A stretch of DNA of 64,000 nt. Origin: Negaprion brevirostris. Lineage: Eukaryota. The notes beneath the pieces are model-generated. The model worked only from the letters and a program-made list of their open reading frames with translations, was not told where the DNA came from and made no database searches. A program made the translations under genes and the position numbers. Position 1 is the first letter of the stretch. Each line of letters starts with the position of its first letter. The DNA lies in NCBI GenBank assembly GCA_030324005.1, contig JARDVH010000137.1:23602226-23666225 (forward strand). Direction: 5' to 3'. This document shows, piece by piece, positions 26,927 to 38,990 of the stretch.

Positions 26927-27749
26927 GTATGTTACCACCTTTTACTTTTTACTCTTAGCAGTTTCCTTCCTTCCTATCCCGGAGATTTGATTCTTTTTGC
27001 TAGAGCTTAGTTTGGACATTACAGATCTTCCCATATGTCAAACAAGTAATTGTTACTTTTCTGAATCTTGATGGTGAATGTTGAGCAATCTGTTTTTAGA
27101 AGTGTGTCATGTATGTAAATTCCCTGTTATCCTTGCCTGAAGTGTAAACAGGCTTCCTGTATTTTTGAAACGTGATGGTAGTGTAAAATAAGATTTGAGG
27201 TACTGTAATCACCATTGCTAGTCAGTGATGGTTGGAGCTCCTATGAATGTCTTCCACACCACCATTGACTTGCATATTACCTGTTGTCTTTCCATCAAGC
27301 ATCCCCCTCCTTTCTGCCCAAAGGAGTTGGCATTTTCTTGACGTGCCCAGGTTAATTAACAAGCACTTAGCATTGAGCAGTGGGTCCTGTTTATTGTCAT
27401 TGCAGCAGCAGGATTGATTCTATCAAAATCTTTTGTCCTGTTGCTTGTCAGGTTAAATTGTAGTAGGCAGACAGACAGACATGTCATATTCTGGACCAGA
27501 CCCATGTGGTTTTTGTTAATGTTTCAGTGAAGGCCGCAACAGTATTCAAAATTTTTTGAGAATTTTGTATATCACAATTTATGATTTATTTTCTTGGATT
27601 GTTTATGAAGATTGAGTTTTTATTGGTAAGGCTCAATATGATAGACCCCTATCTCTCATTTGATTGTCTTTGGTTTCACTAATTGGCTTGACGAAATTTC
27701 AAATATGAGCACTTATTTAAAAATGTTATGAATAGCCACATTTTAATGA

Positions 27750-28900
27750 TCACAAAGCATTTATAGCACAGAAACAGGCCATTCAGCCCAGCACAATATG
27801 TTTCACACAAACCACCTGTCTTTATTCCGATCAACATATTTCTTTCTCCCTTGTAGTTATATAGCTTCCTCACAAATTCATCAGTACTCCTTGCCTCAAC
27901 TACTATGTGATAGCCAGTTCCACATTGAACTATAATCCAGGTTTTAAAACAAAATCCAGAATTTCCTTCTGGATTATTGCTAATTATCAAATGTGTATGG
28001 TCTCCAGCTTTGGTCCTCCTGACAATGGAAACATCCAAATGTGGTCTGTCTGAGGTTCTATACAAGTTTAATTTCTTTGCATTGCAATCCTATCCCTCTG
28101 GAAATAAACCCTAGTGCTTTGTCTTTTTTTCTTTGTTATTTTCACTATCACTCTTTTTACTGATATATTTGTATCCATGATTCCTTTGTTCCTCTATCCC
28201 ACTTAATTTATTTTCAAAGGAACACAGCCTCCTTATTTTTCCTACAAAAATTCACTTGTCTCATTATTAAAGTTGCCAATTGCATGCCCATTCTGCAAGT
28301 CTATTCGTGTCTTCCTGTATTTGGTCATAGTCCACCTCTATACTAACAATTTGGAGAATCTACAACATTTGAAAATATATTTCATGTAAATAATGAACTG
28401 CAATTATCCCAGTTTCATTCTTATCAAACACTACTTCACACACTTTGCCAAGTTGAGTCGCTGTCTTTAATCGTTTACTGTTGTTACTTGTTTTGTAACC
28501 AGTTTGTAGCTACTTTTCTCCTGACTGTGTTCTGACCTTAGTCGTGGATTTACTAGGTGGTTTATCGAACGCTTTTTGGATATCCAAATGTTACATACAC
28601 ATCACAAGTTCAATAATCTTGATCATAAATTTTGAAATCTGTGTATATTACTCTGTTTTTAGTTTTGGAAATGGTTACATCCTTTAATTCTGATCACTGT
28701 TAAAATAATAGTCTATAGTTTCCTGGATTTGTTATTTAGTCAAATCATATTAGATGTCTGCCAATTTGCTGGCACTGTTCCCTTTCCTAATGAACTTTTA
28801 TATCTATGTAATAAATAATACATTGCTATCTTTTCCCAAAGTTTTTTAATGTGCGTCATTGCGATCCATCGAGACCAAGCAATTAAGTTTGATTAGTTTA
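27750..28900 (-). mobile_element. Old CR1 LINE remnant in RAC3 intron 3
   Basis: acagaaacaggccattcagccc tail; ttatcgaacgctttttggatatccaaat (RT LD.QKAFD on - strand). Confidence 0.65.
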
Positions 28901-29069
28901 TTAATAATCTTTGTATCTTAAATGTTTTCATGTTGTGCCTTGTTGATCTCCATGCCAAATTGATTTAAGACCTTCCCTAAGAATCCAGGTAATGGTGATG
29001 AATTCTTATTTACATAGAACAAATTGAAATTTTTTCTCCTCTTTGCATTTTTTCCCTTTTTTTTAATAG

Positions 29070-29132
29070 GATGTGTTTTTGATCTGCTTTTCACTTGTGA
29101 GCCCAGCATCCTTTGAAAACGTCAGAGCAAAG
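29070..29132 (+). CDS. RAC3: RAC3 coding exon 4 (DVFLICFSLVSPASFENVRAK)
   Basis: Long pyrimidine tract + atag|, donor |gtaatg. Confidence 0.97.
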
Positions 29133-29678
29133 GTAATGTTAAAGTGAGGCTTCAAAACAAAGTTCTGTCAGTTTGAAGTTTTGAGCGGTCTCAAAAGTAT
29201 AGTCATAACCAGGAAACCCGGTTCACTGGGTTTAGAGATCTATTTCAAGAGAAGTAAATTGATGCTTTAATCTCCATTTTTGTCTCACTTTTGCAGTGAT
29301 ATCAGATTAATGTTTTCATATATAGTATGGGTGTCATACAAATACATAAACTGTTATTATAAGTCCTTATCTACCATAACTCAGCCAAAATGGTATACAG
29401 ACAAACTAATCTCAAGAATATCGGTGTGCTGATTTCTTCCTCTTGTTGGAAGAAAAATGCCTTTTACTTTGGAACCACTGTCTTAACCATGTGAGATCTG
29501 GACCCTAAATAAGTTTGAAATATTTCATTGTAGTCTCAAATGAACTGAATCCAAAACACACTATTTTACGCTGTATTTAGTTTAAAATATAATTGCAAGT
29601 GAGTGGATTGTGTGAGAAGATCGATATGGAAGAGCATGTTATTTGATGCCATTGTCTTGTCTTTATTATTCCATGCAG

Positions 29679-29838
29679 TGGTATCCAGAGGTGCGGCATC
29701 ATTGTCCAAACACGCCAATAATCCTGGTAGGAACAAAACTGGATTTGCGGGATGATAAGGACACTATTGAAAGGCTAAGAGATAAAAAGCTGGCTCCCAT
29801 TACCTATCCCCAGGGGTTGGCGATGGCCAGAGAAATAG
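29679..29838 (+). CDS. RAC3: RAC3 coding exon 5 ([53 protein letters not shown])
   Basis: Acceptor atgcag|, donor |gtgagt; TKLD G4 motif; lies inside ORF 29643..29852. Confidence 0.97.
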
Positions 29839-30360
29839 GTGAGTGGTGGTAAAGTCTGGGTAAATTTATGGGATGTGATGAGATGCTTTCACCACTTGGT
29901 CACGTCGAAATGAAAATTTAGCAACAAGCATCGTATACAGCTCCATCCAAGCCATGGTCAAGTGCCTCAGGCCGTTGTCTTGACTGAATATTTTTGACTC
30001 ATGTCTACGGATTGTTGCAACATGCAGACTTGACAATTAGCCAGAGGAATAACTGAATCTATCAATCTGTTTGTAAATGAGGGTTAGCTTTCCAGTTGTT
30101 CCCTGAGCAACCAGCATTGAGGCAATGCTGCAGAATTGAGTAAGAGAATTGATGCTAAATAATCATGAAGCCTCCTTGGAGACCTGAGCTGCAACATTGC
30201 CTTAATTTTGACACAATCTTTGGGAGATATCAAAATCTCTCTGCACTGAATGAAATGTCTAATCTAGTCTTTGTGTCATTTTGTTTCTCTTCTGCAGTGT
30301 TTGTCCTTTAATATTTCCACCAGCAATGAAACCTGTTTTTCTACAATTTGTTCAAGGATC

Positions 30361-30625
30361 AGTAGCACAGTGGTTAGCACTGCTGCCTCACAGCACCAGG
30401 GTCCCAGGTTCAGTTCCCAGCTTGGGTTGCTATCTGTGCGGAGTTTGCATATTTTCCTTGCGTGGGTTTCCATCAACAGTCCGAAGATGTGCGGGTTAGG
30501 TGCATTGGCTGTGCTAAATTCTCCCTCACTCTACCCAAACAGGCGCCAGAGTGTGGTGATTAGAGGATTTTCACAGTCGTTTCATTACAGTGTGAATATA
30601 AGCCTATTTGTGACTAATAAATGTA
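30361..30625 (+). mobile_element. V-SINE-like SINE, alternative-tail subfamily
   Basis: gcacagtggttagcactgctgcctcacagcaccaggg head; tail ggcgccagagtgtggtgattagaggattttcacag...agcctatttgtgactaataaa. Confidence 0.8.
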
Positions 30626-30707
30626 ATTAACTAATTAAAATATCTGGGGACCTTGCTTCAAATTTTATTTAATTTTTAAATCACCACAAACTGGATTTCT
30701 CCCTTGA

Positions 30708-30790
30708 CACCAGGTTAAAGTCTTTAACCTGGTGTTGTGAGACCTCTTACTGTGTTTATCCCAGTCCAACGTCGGCATCTCCACATCATC
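30708..30790 (+). mobile_element. 83-bp Penelope-like insertion with hairpin and 10-bp TSD
   Basis: TCTCCCTTGA at 30698-30707 and 30791-30800; perfect 14-bp inverted repeat 30707-30735. Confidence 0.8.
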
Positions 30791-32589
30791 TCTCCCTTGA
30801 AGCAGATTTACCATTTTACTGTGAATATAAGTTTACATTGTTTTGATTTGCAAGACAAAAATCAGTAAACTTTTATAAAAGGACTAAGTTTCCATTGTTG
30901 AAGCATTTTTCCAATCTCTGCAAAGGTGATCCTGTAATAGTGAAGAAGCATTCAGTGTGTTATAGCACCAACCTGTCAAAGACTTTTTCAGAGATTCTTG
31001 TTAGATATTTGAAAAGGGTGGCATCAATTCAGGGACAGTAATTCTCTGCTGTGAACTTTTTGGCACTTCAGTTTGATGGTTTCCGGCAGATGCTAATGTG
31101 AAATTAGATCCAATGAACTAAAATTGGAAATAAAAGTATGATTTACTGCATTTTTCTATCACAGCTGAACAAGAAAGATAGGCTTAATGTACTTAATGTT
31201 TCGGGTGCAAGTGGCTGATGAGATATTGAACATTAATCTAACTCCAACTTTCTCTTTCAAACTTTCATTGGCCTGCAATACATTTCAGCATTTTCTATTT
31301 TTACTTCAGATATCTAGCATTCCTTTTATCTTTGAATTTATATCACAGTATGCTTCTTGAATATTAAGCATGATATTGCTTTATTTTTAAGAATTTTCTG
31401 CTAAAATGGATGACCTTTTTTATTTATTAAAGGTACTGATGTTGGAGATGAATTGCAGACACTGGGCTCTCCTGTAACCCCCCCTGCTACCTTATACCAT
31501 GATTAAATTCCTTCTACTTTGCCCAGCAATGTGTATACAGCCATTAGGGAATCAATCTACTGAGAGATGCATTCCTGATAGTTAAAATTTATGAGAACTG
31601 TAAAGTCAGCTTTCTTATCCATTGCCAAGAATTCAACATTAATACCTGAATTCTTACTCCTGTCAATTTTATTTCCAAAATCTATTTTCTTTCATTTGGA
31701 CTCATTAAAAACAATTATTAAAGGTTGTTAATTGTTAATCATTTTCATTTTATTATTGAGGCGAGCCTTATGAAAATCATTTACTACAGATATGTTTCTG
31801 TGTACATGACACAAACGAGGGACATTCCACTGAGCTGTTACGTAATTTGCTATTTTCTCGGGTGGTGCATGGTTTTGTTTTTGTGTAATGTATTTAGATG
31901 CAAGTCTGCAGCTCTTTTGTTGCTCAACTATCCTACAGCTTAATCAATCGGATACAAAATTCATTGCTCCCGCGAAACAAGGACTGTAATCAAAATCACA
32001 AACTTGGTCTCTATACAGCTGCAGCGGGAGTCACTGAGAAACAACCTTTTGTGTAAAGACTTCACTAAGTGATTTAAACAAAGTTATAACAGTGAAATAG
32101 GCTATTTGGTCCAAATCNNNNNNNNNNNNNNNNNNNNNNNNNNNNNNNNNNNNNNNNNNNNNNNNNNNNNNNNNNNNNNNNNNNNNNNNNNNNNNNNNNN
32201 NNNNNNNNNNNNNNNNNAACGAATCAACTTTTTTCGTGCACCACAGTTCCCTAGCCCTACCAAAACCTCCTTGCCTGACAGGGACATACCTATCTTCAAT
32301 AATAATCTTCAATGATTTTCAAAGAAGAGTCATATTAACCTGCTGAGCCTTTCCAGCACTTTGTTTTTCCGTCAATGTTGGTATAGTTTCTACTTTAGCT
32401 TCTAACCCTGGGAGTGAATTCCAGTCCTCTGAGCATTCCATTAAGAAGTTTCTCCTGAATTCTGCACCCAATACCAGCTGAAGTCACTTGCAAAGGTTTT
32501 ATATAGGCTTATCAATACTTTTCCTGGCTCTTGTATTCCATCTGTGCTCACGTCTAGAATTCTGTCAGCTTATTTTACAGCCTTATGAA

Positions 32590-34105
32590 GCCAATTACTG
32601 CCCCATCAATCTACTCTCAATCATCAGTAATGTAAGGAAACAGCACTATCAAGCAGCACCTGCTTAGCAATAACCTGCTCACAGACACTCCATTAGGGTC
32701 ACTCAGCCCCTGACCTCGTTACAGTCTTGGTTCAAACATGGACTGAATTTCAGACATGGAGTGAGATTGCCTGCCCTTGACATCAAGGCAGCATTTGATT
32801 GGATGTGGCATCAAGGAGCCCTAGCTAAACTGGAGTCACTAAGAATCAAGAGGAATGCTCTACACTGTAGTAATACTTGGCATAAAATAAGATGGTTGTG
32901 GATGTTAGAGGTCAATAATCTCAGCTCCAGGACATCATTGCAAGAGTTCCTCAGGGTAGTGTCCTAGGCCCTACCTTCCCTGTATCAGAAGGTCAAAAGT
33001 GGGGATGTTTGCTGATCATGTGTCATTTGCCACTCATGATCATTTGCCACTCCTCTGGCACTGAAATAGTCCACGTCTATATGCAGTAAAACCTGGACAA
33101 TATCTAGGCTTCAGGTGACAAGTAACATTTTGTGCCATGCATGTGCTAGACAATGACCAGCTCCAAGAGAGAATTGAACAATTGTGCCTTGACATGCAAT
33201 GCCAATTGGGAGTGGCACTGTGGTTGGCACTGCTGCCTCACAGCACCAGGGGCTCAGGTTTAATTTCAGTGAACTTTTTTGTGGAGTTTGCATGTTCTTC
33301 CCATGTCTGTGTGGGTTTCCTCCAGGTGCTCTGGTTTTTTCCCGCAGTTCAAAGATGTGTCGATTAAGTGAAAAAGTGAGCTCAGTGTATGGGGTTATAA
33401 GGAGTGGGCTGGATAAAATGGTCTGTCAGACCTGATGGGCTGAATGGCCTCCTGCATGGCACTGATTCTATGATACTGTCACTGAATCCCCCACTAACAA
33501 CATCCTGAGCATTATCATCAACCAGAAACTAAACTGGACTAGCTGTGTAAATACTGTGGCTACAAGAGCAGGCCACAAGCTAGGAATCTTGTGGCGAGTG
33601 ACTCCCCAAAGCCTTTCCAGCATTGACAAGGCACAGGTTAGGATTGAAAGTTGTAGTGTGTGGAATACTCTCCCCTTGCCGGGATAAGTCCAGCTCCAAC
33701 AATGCTCAGGCAGCCTGCTTGATTGGCATCTATCCAACATCTTCTACCTCCCCACCAATGCACTGAAGTACTTGTGTGTACCATCAACAAGATGCATTGC
33801 AATAACTCAATAATGTTCCTTAGACGGTACCTTCCAAACCCAAGTCTCTACTGTCTAGAAGGACAAAGGCAGCAGAACACCTGCAAACTCCCTTCTAAGC
33901 CACACATCATCCTGACTTGGAACTATATTGCTGGTCTTTCACTGTTGCTGGGTCAAAATTCTGGAACTCGCTAATAGCATTGTGGGTGTAGCTACTGAGA
34001 CTGCAGCAGTTGAAGAAGGCAGTTCACCACCACCACCTTCTCAAGGGCAATTAGGGATGGTCAATAAATGCTGGCCTAGCCAGTGAAGCCCACATTTTTA
34101 AAAAA
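32590..34105 (+). mobile_element. Second-family LINE, RT plus 3' end, in RAC3 intron 5
   Basis: LDIKAAFDWMWHQG, gttcctcagggtagtgtcctaggccct (VPQGSVLGP), MFAD, tail gcaattagggatggtcaataaatgctggcc followed by A-run. Confidence 0.85.
33208..33472 (+). mobile_element. HE1/V-SINE nested in LINE
   Basis: SINE head and HER1-type tail (gatgggctgaatggcctcct...gattctatga); the LINE resumes in register compared with the 4020 copy. Confidence 0.85.
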
Positions 34106-36667
34106 TGCCACTGTCAGAGGATTATCCTACAATCCTCCTGCTGTTCCAAACACCAAATCTAATGTTTCTAAGTATAATTATTTTCCACATGCTTGCTGAC
34201 TTGGAACTTCCTATCTGGGGCTTTTTAGCTGATTCTCCTATCCTACTGAGTTATGAATGGTTTTTCTGAAGCCTCTCTCCTTTTCACAAATATTAGCTGC
34301 ATTTTTAAACAATTTAATGTTTTTACATTAGGGTGCAGTCATCAGCAACTCAGGGTCATGCTATCAGCTGGACTTGTAAACCATATAAAACCGCTGTCCA
34401 AAGAGTTTGTTAACAACCTCTATGCAGTTGATTTCCCCCATTAGCAGGCAATTTTCCCATTCTTAAGTTAGCACATGAATTCCTTTTTAATCAAGGGATT
34501 CGGAGGTGACGGTTGCCTGTAAAAGCACATATATGAGCAGTCAAATACTCAGAGAATAATTGAAAAAAATAACTTCCCTTTGGCTGTTTATGTTCTTCCT
34601 CTAAATGTACCACTGACTATTTAAAGTCCCACAAATTTCTTTCATTAATAAAGGCTACAGGCTTTTTCTAAATGATTGTTGTAGTTTATTTTTGACTTTG
34701 GACTTTTATTATCAAATCTGTATAATGGTAATTAGTAGGTACAATTGGCTCTGAAGTAATACGTATCCAAAATTCCAGACTCATAAGAGTCTACAAACAG
34801 TTTGTTTCTAAGTAGAACACCTTGGGGATGAAGTGGAATGTAATGCAGCAATTGCTGATCTGGTTTCTACCAATGTTAATTATTCCTTACCAGGAGCAAG
34901 ATGGCTCAGTGCTAAACTTCAATTTTCTTAACACTGAAGAAATTGTGGTTGGCATTATTTTTATTGTGGTGGGGAGGGGCAGGCGGTGGTCGTCAGCTGT
35001 GACATGCAGAAATCTACCACTGTGTTTGAGTTCCCAAACAAGATTTACTGAGAAATGACTGCGTAGAGTTTCTATTTGCCCAATATGGGGTACATTCTGT
35101 GCCTGCAGGGATGTTCCCCACTGATGCATTCTCACTTCCAGCCAGAACTATCCTAGCCCTTTGGGACAAATCTTATATGATTACCAGAAGTCAGGTAAGA
35201 GAGTCCCCAACACCAATGACTGGTTTTCCCCAATGGGTTTCATTAGTCATCCAGTCTGTCTGATTAATGTTCAGATCCCTGAATTATTGCAGATCTGAAC
35301 CTAGGGGAAAGCAATTTAGCAAGGATTGGTATGTAGGCAAAATATAGACAGTAGCATTTTGGACAAATTTATAGTGTATTATTTCAATGTTACAGAAAGA
35401 ATATACAGTTGCCTGTTAAAATAATGTTCTACGGTTATATCTACATAACAAATATTCTTTTGTAATGAATTTAGTTAGCAAAGCAGTAATGTGGGTGGGG
35501 AAATAGAGATACAGAGAGTGCTTTCGTAATCCATGAATACCTATAATTATTCGTATCGAGTTTCTGTTGTGAAAATAAAGACTCTGCATGGTGCTGGAGG
35601 ACAGCCCTGGAGAAACTGAAAGGGGCCTTTGTTTTAGCAGCTGGGAGAATTACAGTTCATCCTCCATTCTGTGCTGAGGGCACTGTTGACTTTTATTGTT
35701 GGCTCGTGAGAAAGTGAAGAAAAACTCCACTTCCAATCCCCCTGGGAAAGTCTGCCTTTGTTGAAGCACTTTGTTTCCTTGTTTACATAGGCTATTAACC
35801 TCATCAAGTTTCCCCTTCCCCCATCTTAAATAAAGCTCAAATAGTATTGTGGTCATTTGTAGTACCTTTTTGGCACTCTTTAACATTAATCTATGTAAGG
35901 ATTTGAATAAAGCGGAAACAGTTTGACAATAGTCCATAAAGACCTGAATTGTCATAGTTCAGCATGAATCTATGATTCTCCTTTGATCTGTTACAAAAAA
36001 ATTCTCCAGTCAGTCTTCCAATTCTTCACCTTCATTTTTGTTTTGAATGTTGGCAGGTTATTTTATTGGCTTGTCTAATATCCATGCTTTTGCATCTCAG
36101 CAGCAGCAGCAGTTTTATTCTCTTACACAAGTGAGAATCACATTATGCTGTGAATGCCAACTGACTAAATTACTATTATTTTAAATTGTTCTCTGATACT
36201 TGAAAGAGCCACGATAAAGTGAACAACTTATTCTCCGCACTACATATAATCAGTGTGGTATACTTAATGGATTATGTTAAAAGGCTCCCCCCCCCCCCCA
36301 CCCTGCCACCAACCTCTTAACCACCAGGATCTCATAGAGAATAATTTGTCCAGAACTCCTTACTGCCCAGGCCTTGCTAACTTGCTTTCTCCTATAGCAA
36401 GTTCTAGCTTCAGATGACCCTTTGCTGCATTGTCATATCTACCCAGACCTTGGAGGCAGGAATGTTTGTCAAGATTGTTAATTATGGAAAAGCAATTAGG
36501 AAACATATGCAATTATATTTTACTATAAGTGAAACAATTGTAGGTTGAGATTGTGCACATTAATGACTGACAGTTTAAAAACCAACCAAATAGGCTCATC
36601 ATTGAAGCAATGACATGGTAAACTTATGATTTGTATTTTCAGAGCTTTTTTTTTCCCCCTAACACAG

Positions 36668-36798
36668 GTGCTGTGAAGTACCTGGAGTGTTCTGCTCTTA
36701 CTCAGAGAGGTTTGAAAACTGTATTTGATGAAGCAATTCGAGCTGTGCTGTGCCCACCACCTGTGAAAAAACGTAGAAAGAAGTGCACTGTTTTCTAG
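36668..36798 (+). CDS. RAC3: RAC3 coding exon 6 ([43 protein letters not shown])
   Basis: Acceptor acacag|, SAL G5 motif, CAAX box CTVF, TAG stop 36796-36798. Confidence 0.97.
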
Positions 36799-38252
36799 AA
36801 AGGGACCGTGCAAGGAACCATATCTTCATAACAACACAATCTGCTGGTATTTTATCCAAATCATGGCCCTGTGTGGAATCGGACTGCAGAAGAGAGTGTT
36901 CTTCGTGTTGCCTCTCTCTTGAGTTGGAAAAGTTAGCCTTGAGAGTTAAGTCCTGAAGTCAGTAATTATTCTGTTAGCGCTGTGTTGGATTTTGTGTGAG
37001 GCAATGTGGCTGTCTTCATGAGTGGACTCCATTTTTTTTTAAGCTGCAGTATCCCCTCTTGCTAACTTCTACCCAACTCGAGTCCAATGATATCCAAAAT
37101 CACACTTCCATTGTGGAAACAGTATTAATGGGTCTTTTCATCTATGAACTTGATTTTTTAATTTTAATTTGTTTTATAACTGACTTGCTCTTTGAGCAAT
37201 GTCAGGTTACTGCCCCTGTTGTTCCTCTTTATTTACTATTTACTATTTCACTGACAGAGTGAACTCAGAGGACCGAGCAATAGCTGTTCATGCCCTATTC
37301 TATTAAACTGACTTTTTAAAGTCCACTCTTGCTGGCTAGTATCATTTGTTAGTCCAGACCAGCAGTAGTTTTTAGTACTCATCAGTCCATAATGCCAATT
37401 ATTGAAGTCCATAATGTAACTTTGCATTTTTCTTAAATGGGCTATTTTGAATATGCTTATACATTGAACAGATTATTTTTCCCTCTAATTAAAGTACAGT
37501 ACATGGAAGTACATTAAGATTGTGTAGAATGGACACTTTTTTTGCATGGACTTGATTTTTCGCCCTTTTTGTAACCATGTCACGTTGCGAAAAATCAAAA
37601 TGAGGGGTACTGCAGTGTTAATTATTGTAGAGATACTTTTTGACCTTTCTGTAAGCAGCTAGGTAATACGGGATCACTGAGTGCAGCATGGGCAAAAGTG
37701 CAAATTTAAAAGGGGAGGGTGGGGGAAGGCTTGGGTATGTGGAAGACTTATGTAAAAAGGCTTTCTGCTGGTTATGTAAAATCAGTGCTTAACTGTTGTG
37801 TTCATTAACTTTATTACAACAATAGCAGACTTATGTTTTGACAAATAATTGATCAGGGTTTTTCCTTCATTCTAAATATTACAAGTAAATTGTAGAAATT
37901 GCCAGATGCAGTGTCCAACTAGTGATGCAGCATTTGCTTGTTCCAGCTGGTACTAACAAAAAAACAATTCTGCCAATTTGGCACCTTCATTTCTAGCACT
38001 GGCCTGCATGATTTGAGTCTCAATACTTTTATCCTAATTGACATCCTAGCCTTAAACCCTGGGAGAGAGCTGACTCTTCCGGTAATTTCACTGTTCAGTT
38101 TTGTTCTGTCGTTTGTGATTTCTTAAAAATGCATTCATACAAGTTTTTGAGAGGATTTCTAACTTGGCACATTCTCAAGGTGCCACTTCTTGAAACCAAA
38201 TTATGTCTTACGAAATGAATTTCATTAAATATTGCAGTATCCTCATTACCTT
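36799..38252 (+). other. RAC3: Probable RAC3 3' UTR
   Basis: Repeat-free U-rich sequence after the stop, up to ATTAAA (38224-38229) and the A-run at 38253; other ATTAAA hexamers (e.g. 37302) could give shorter ends. Confidence 0.55.
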
Positions 38253-38254
38253 AA
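38063..38254 (+). repeat. Direct duplication copy 1 (192 bp)
   Basis: Aligns ungapped to 41185-41376 with 7 substitutions. Confidence 0.95.
38224..38229 (+). terminator. Candidate RAC3 polyadenylation signal ATTAAA (duplicated at 41346-41351)
   Basis: ATTAAA 23 nt upstream of an A9 run; the paralogous copy is followed by a GU/U-rich element. Confidence 0.5.
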
Positions 38255-38277
38255 AAAAAAATTTCTATGCCTTTTAG

Positions 38278-38413
38278 CATTGACAAAGGATCATATGGAT
38301 TCGAAATGTCAGCTCTTTTCTCTCTTTACAGATGCTGCCAGACCTGCTGAGATTTTCCAACATTTTTTCTTTTGGATTCAGAATCCAGCATCCAAAGTCA
38401 TTTGCTTTTATTT
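38278..38413 (+). mobile_element. Penelope-like pLTR remnant with degenerate hammerhead motif
   Basis: ttgacaaaggatcatatggattcgaaatgtcagctc...cagatgctgccagacctgctgagattttcc; same family as 6870, 31215, 62000. Confidence 0.65.
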
Positions 38414-38629
38414 AATGTAATCTTGTCCTGTGTAGTGTTCAGTGCAAAAGATGAAAATATTTGTCTCAAGTCTCCTGGAAGGTATTGAAAATTCAGAATT
38501 AATGAAAATATCCTAAAAATAGCAAAGCACATCTTAGAAATATGTTCAGAAACCATATACAAAGGATAATTGTACACTGGTACAGTTTTCCAAAGTTAAT
38601 CCACCTCAACCTAAAAACTTGATAAAAGA

Positions 38630-38990
38630 CTGAAATTACAGAAATAGGCCATTCAGCCCAGTTAGCCTTGCTGCTGTGCATGCCCCTCTATCATCTATCA
38701 GTGTAACTTTCCAGTCCTTTCTCCCATATGTTTAACTAGCTCCTCTTAAATGGCTAGGCTACTTGCCTCACACTGCTCTTTATGGAAGCAAGTTTCACTT
38801 TCTCCACTTTCTGGGTAATTAAGTTTCATCTGAGTTCCCTGTTGCATTTATTAGTGACTATCTTATACTTATGCCTCCCTAGTTTTCATCTCCCCCTATA
38901 AATGGATCACTTTCTCTGCCTCTACCCTACACATTCATTTATACGACCTCTATCAGGTTTCTCCACAGCTTTCTCTCTAACTTAGGATAC
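38630..38990 (-). mobile_element. Old CR1 3' fragment
   Basis: acagaaataggccattcagcccag tail; same subfamily as 27750. Confidence 0.6.

Noticed and set aside
26927-29069. Rac1b-like 57-nt alternative exon in intron 3
   Set aside because: No VGETYGKDITSRGKDKPIA-like segment seen; that exon belongs to RAC1
30361-30430. tRNA gene
   Set aside because: The A/B-box-like sequence is the tRNA-derived head of a SINE; no full cloverleaf, and many degenerate copies
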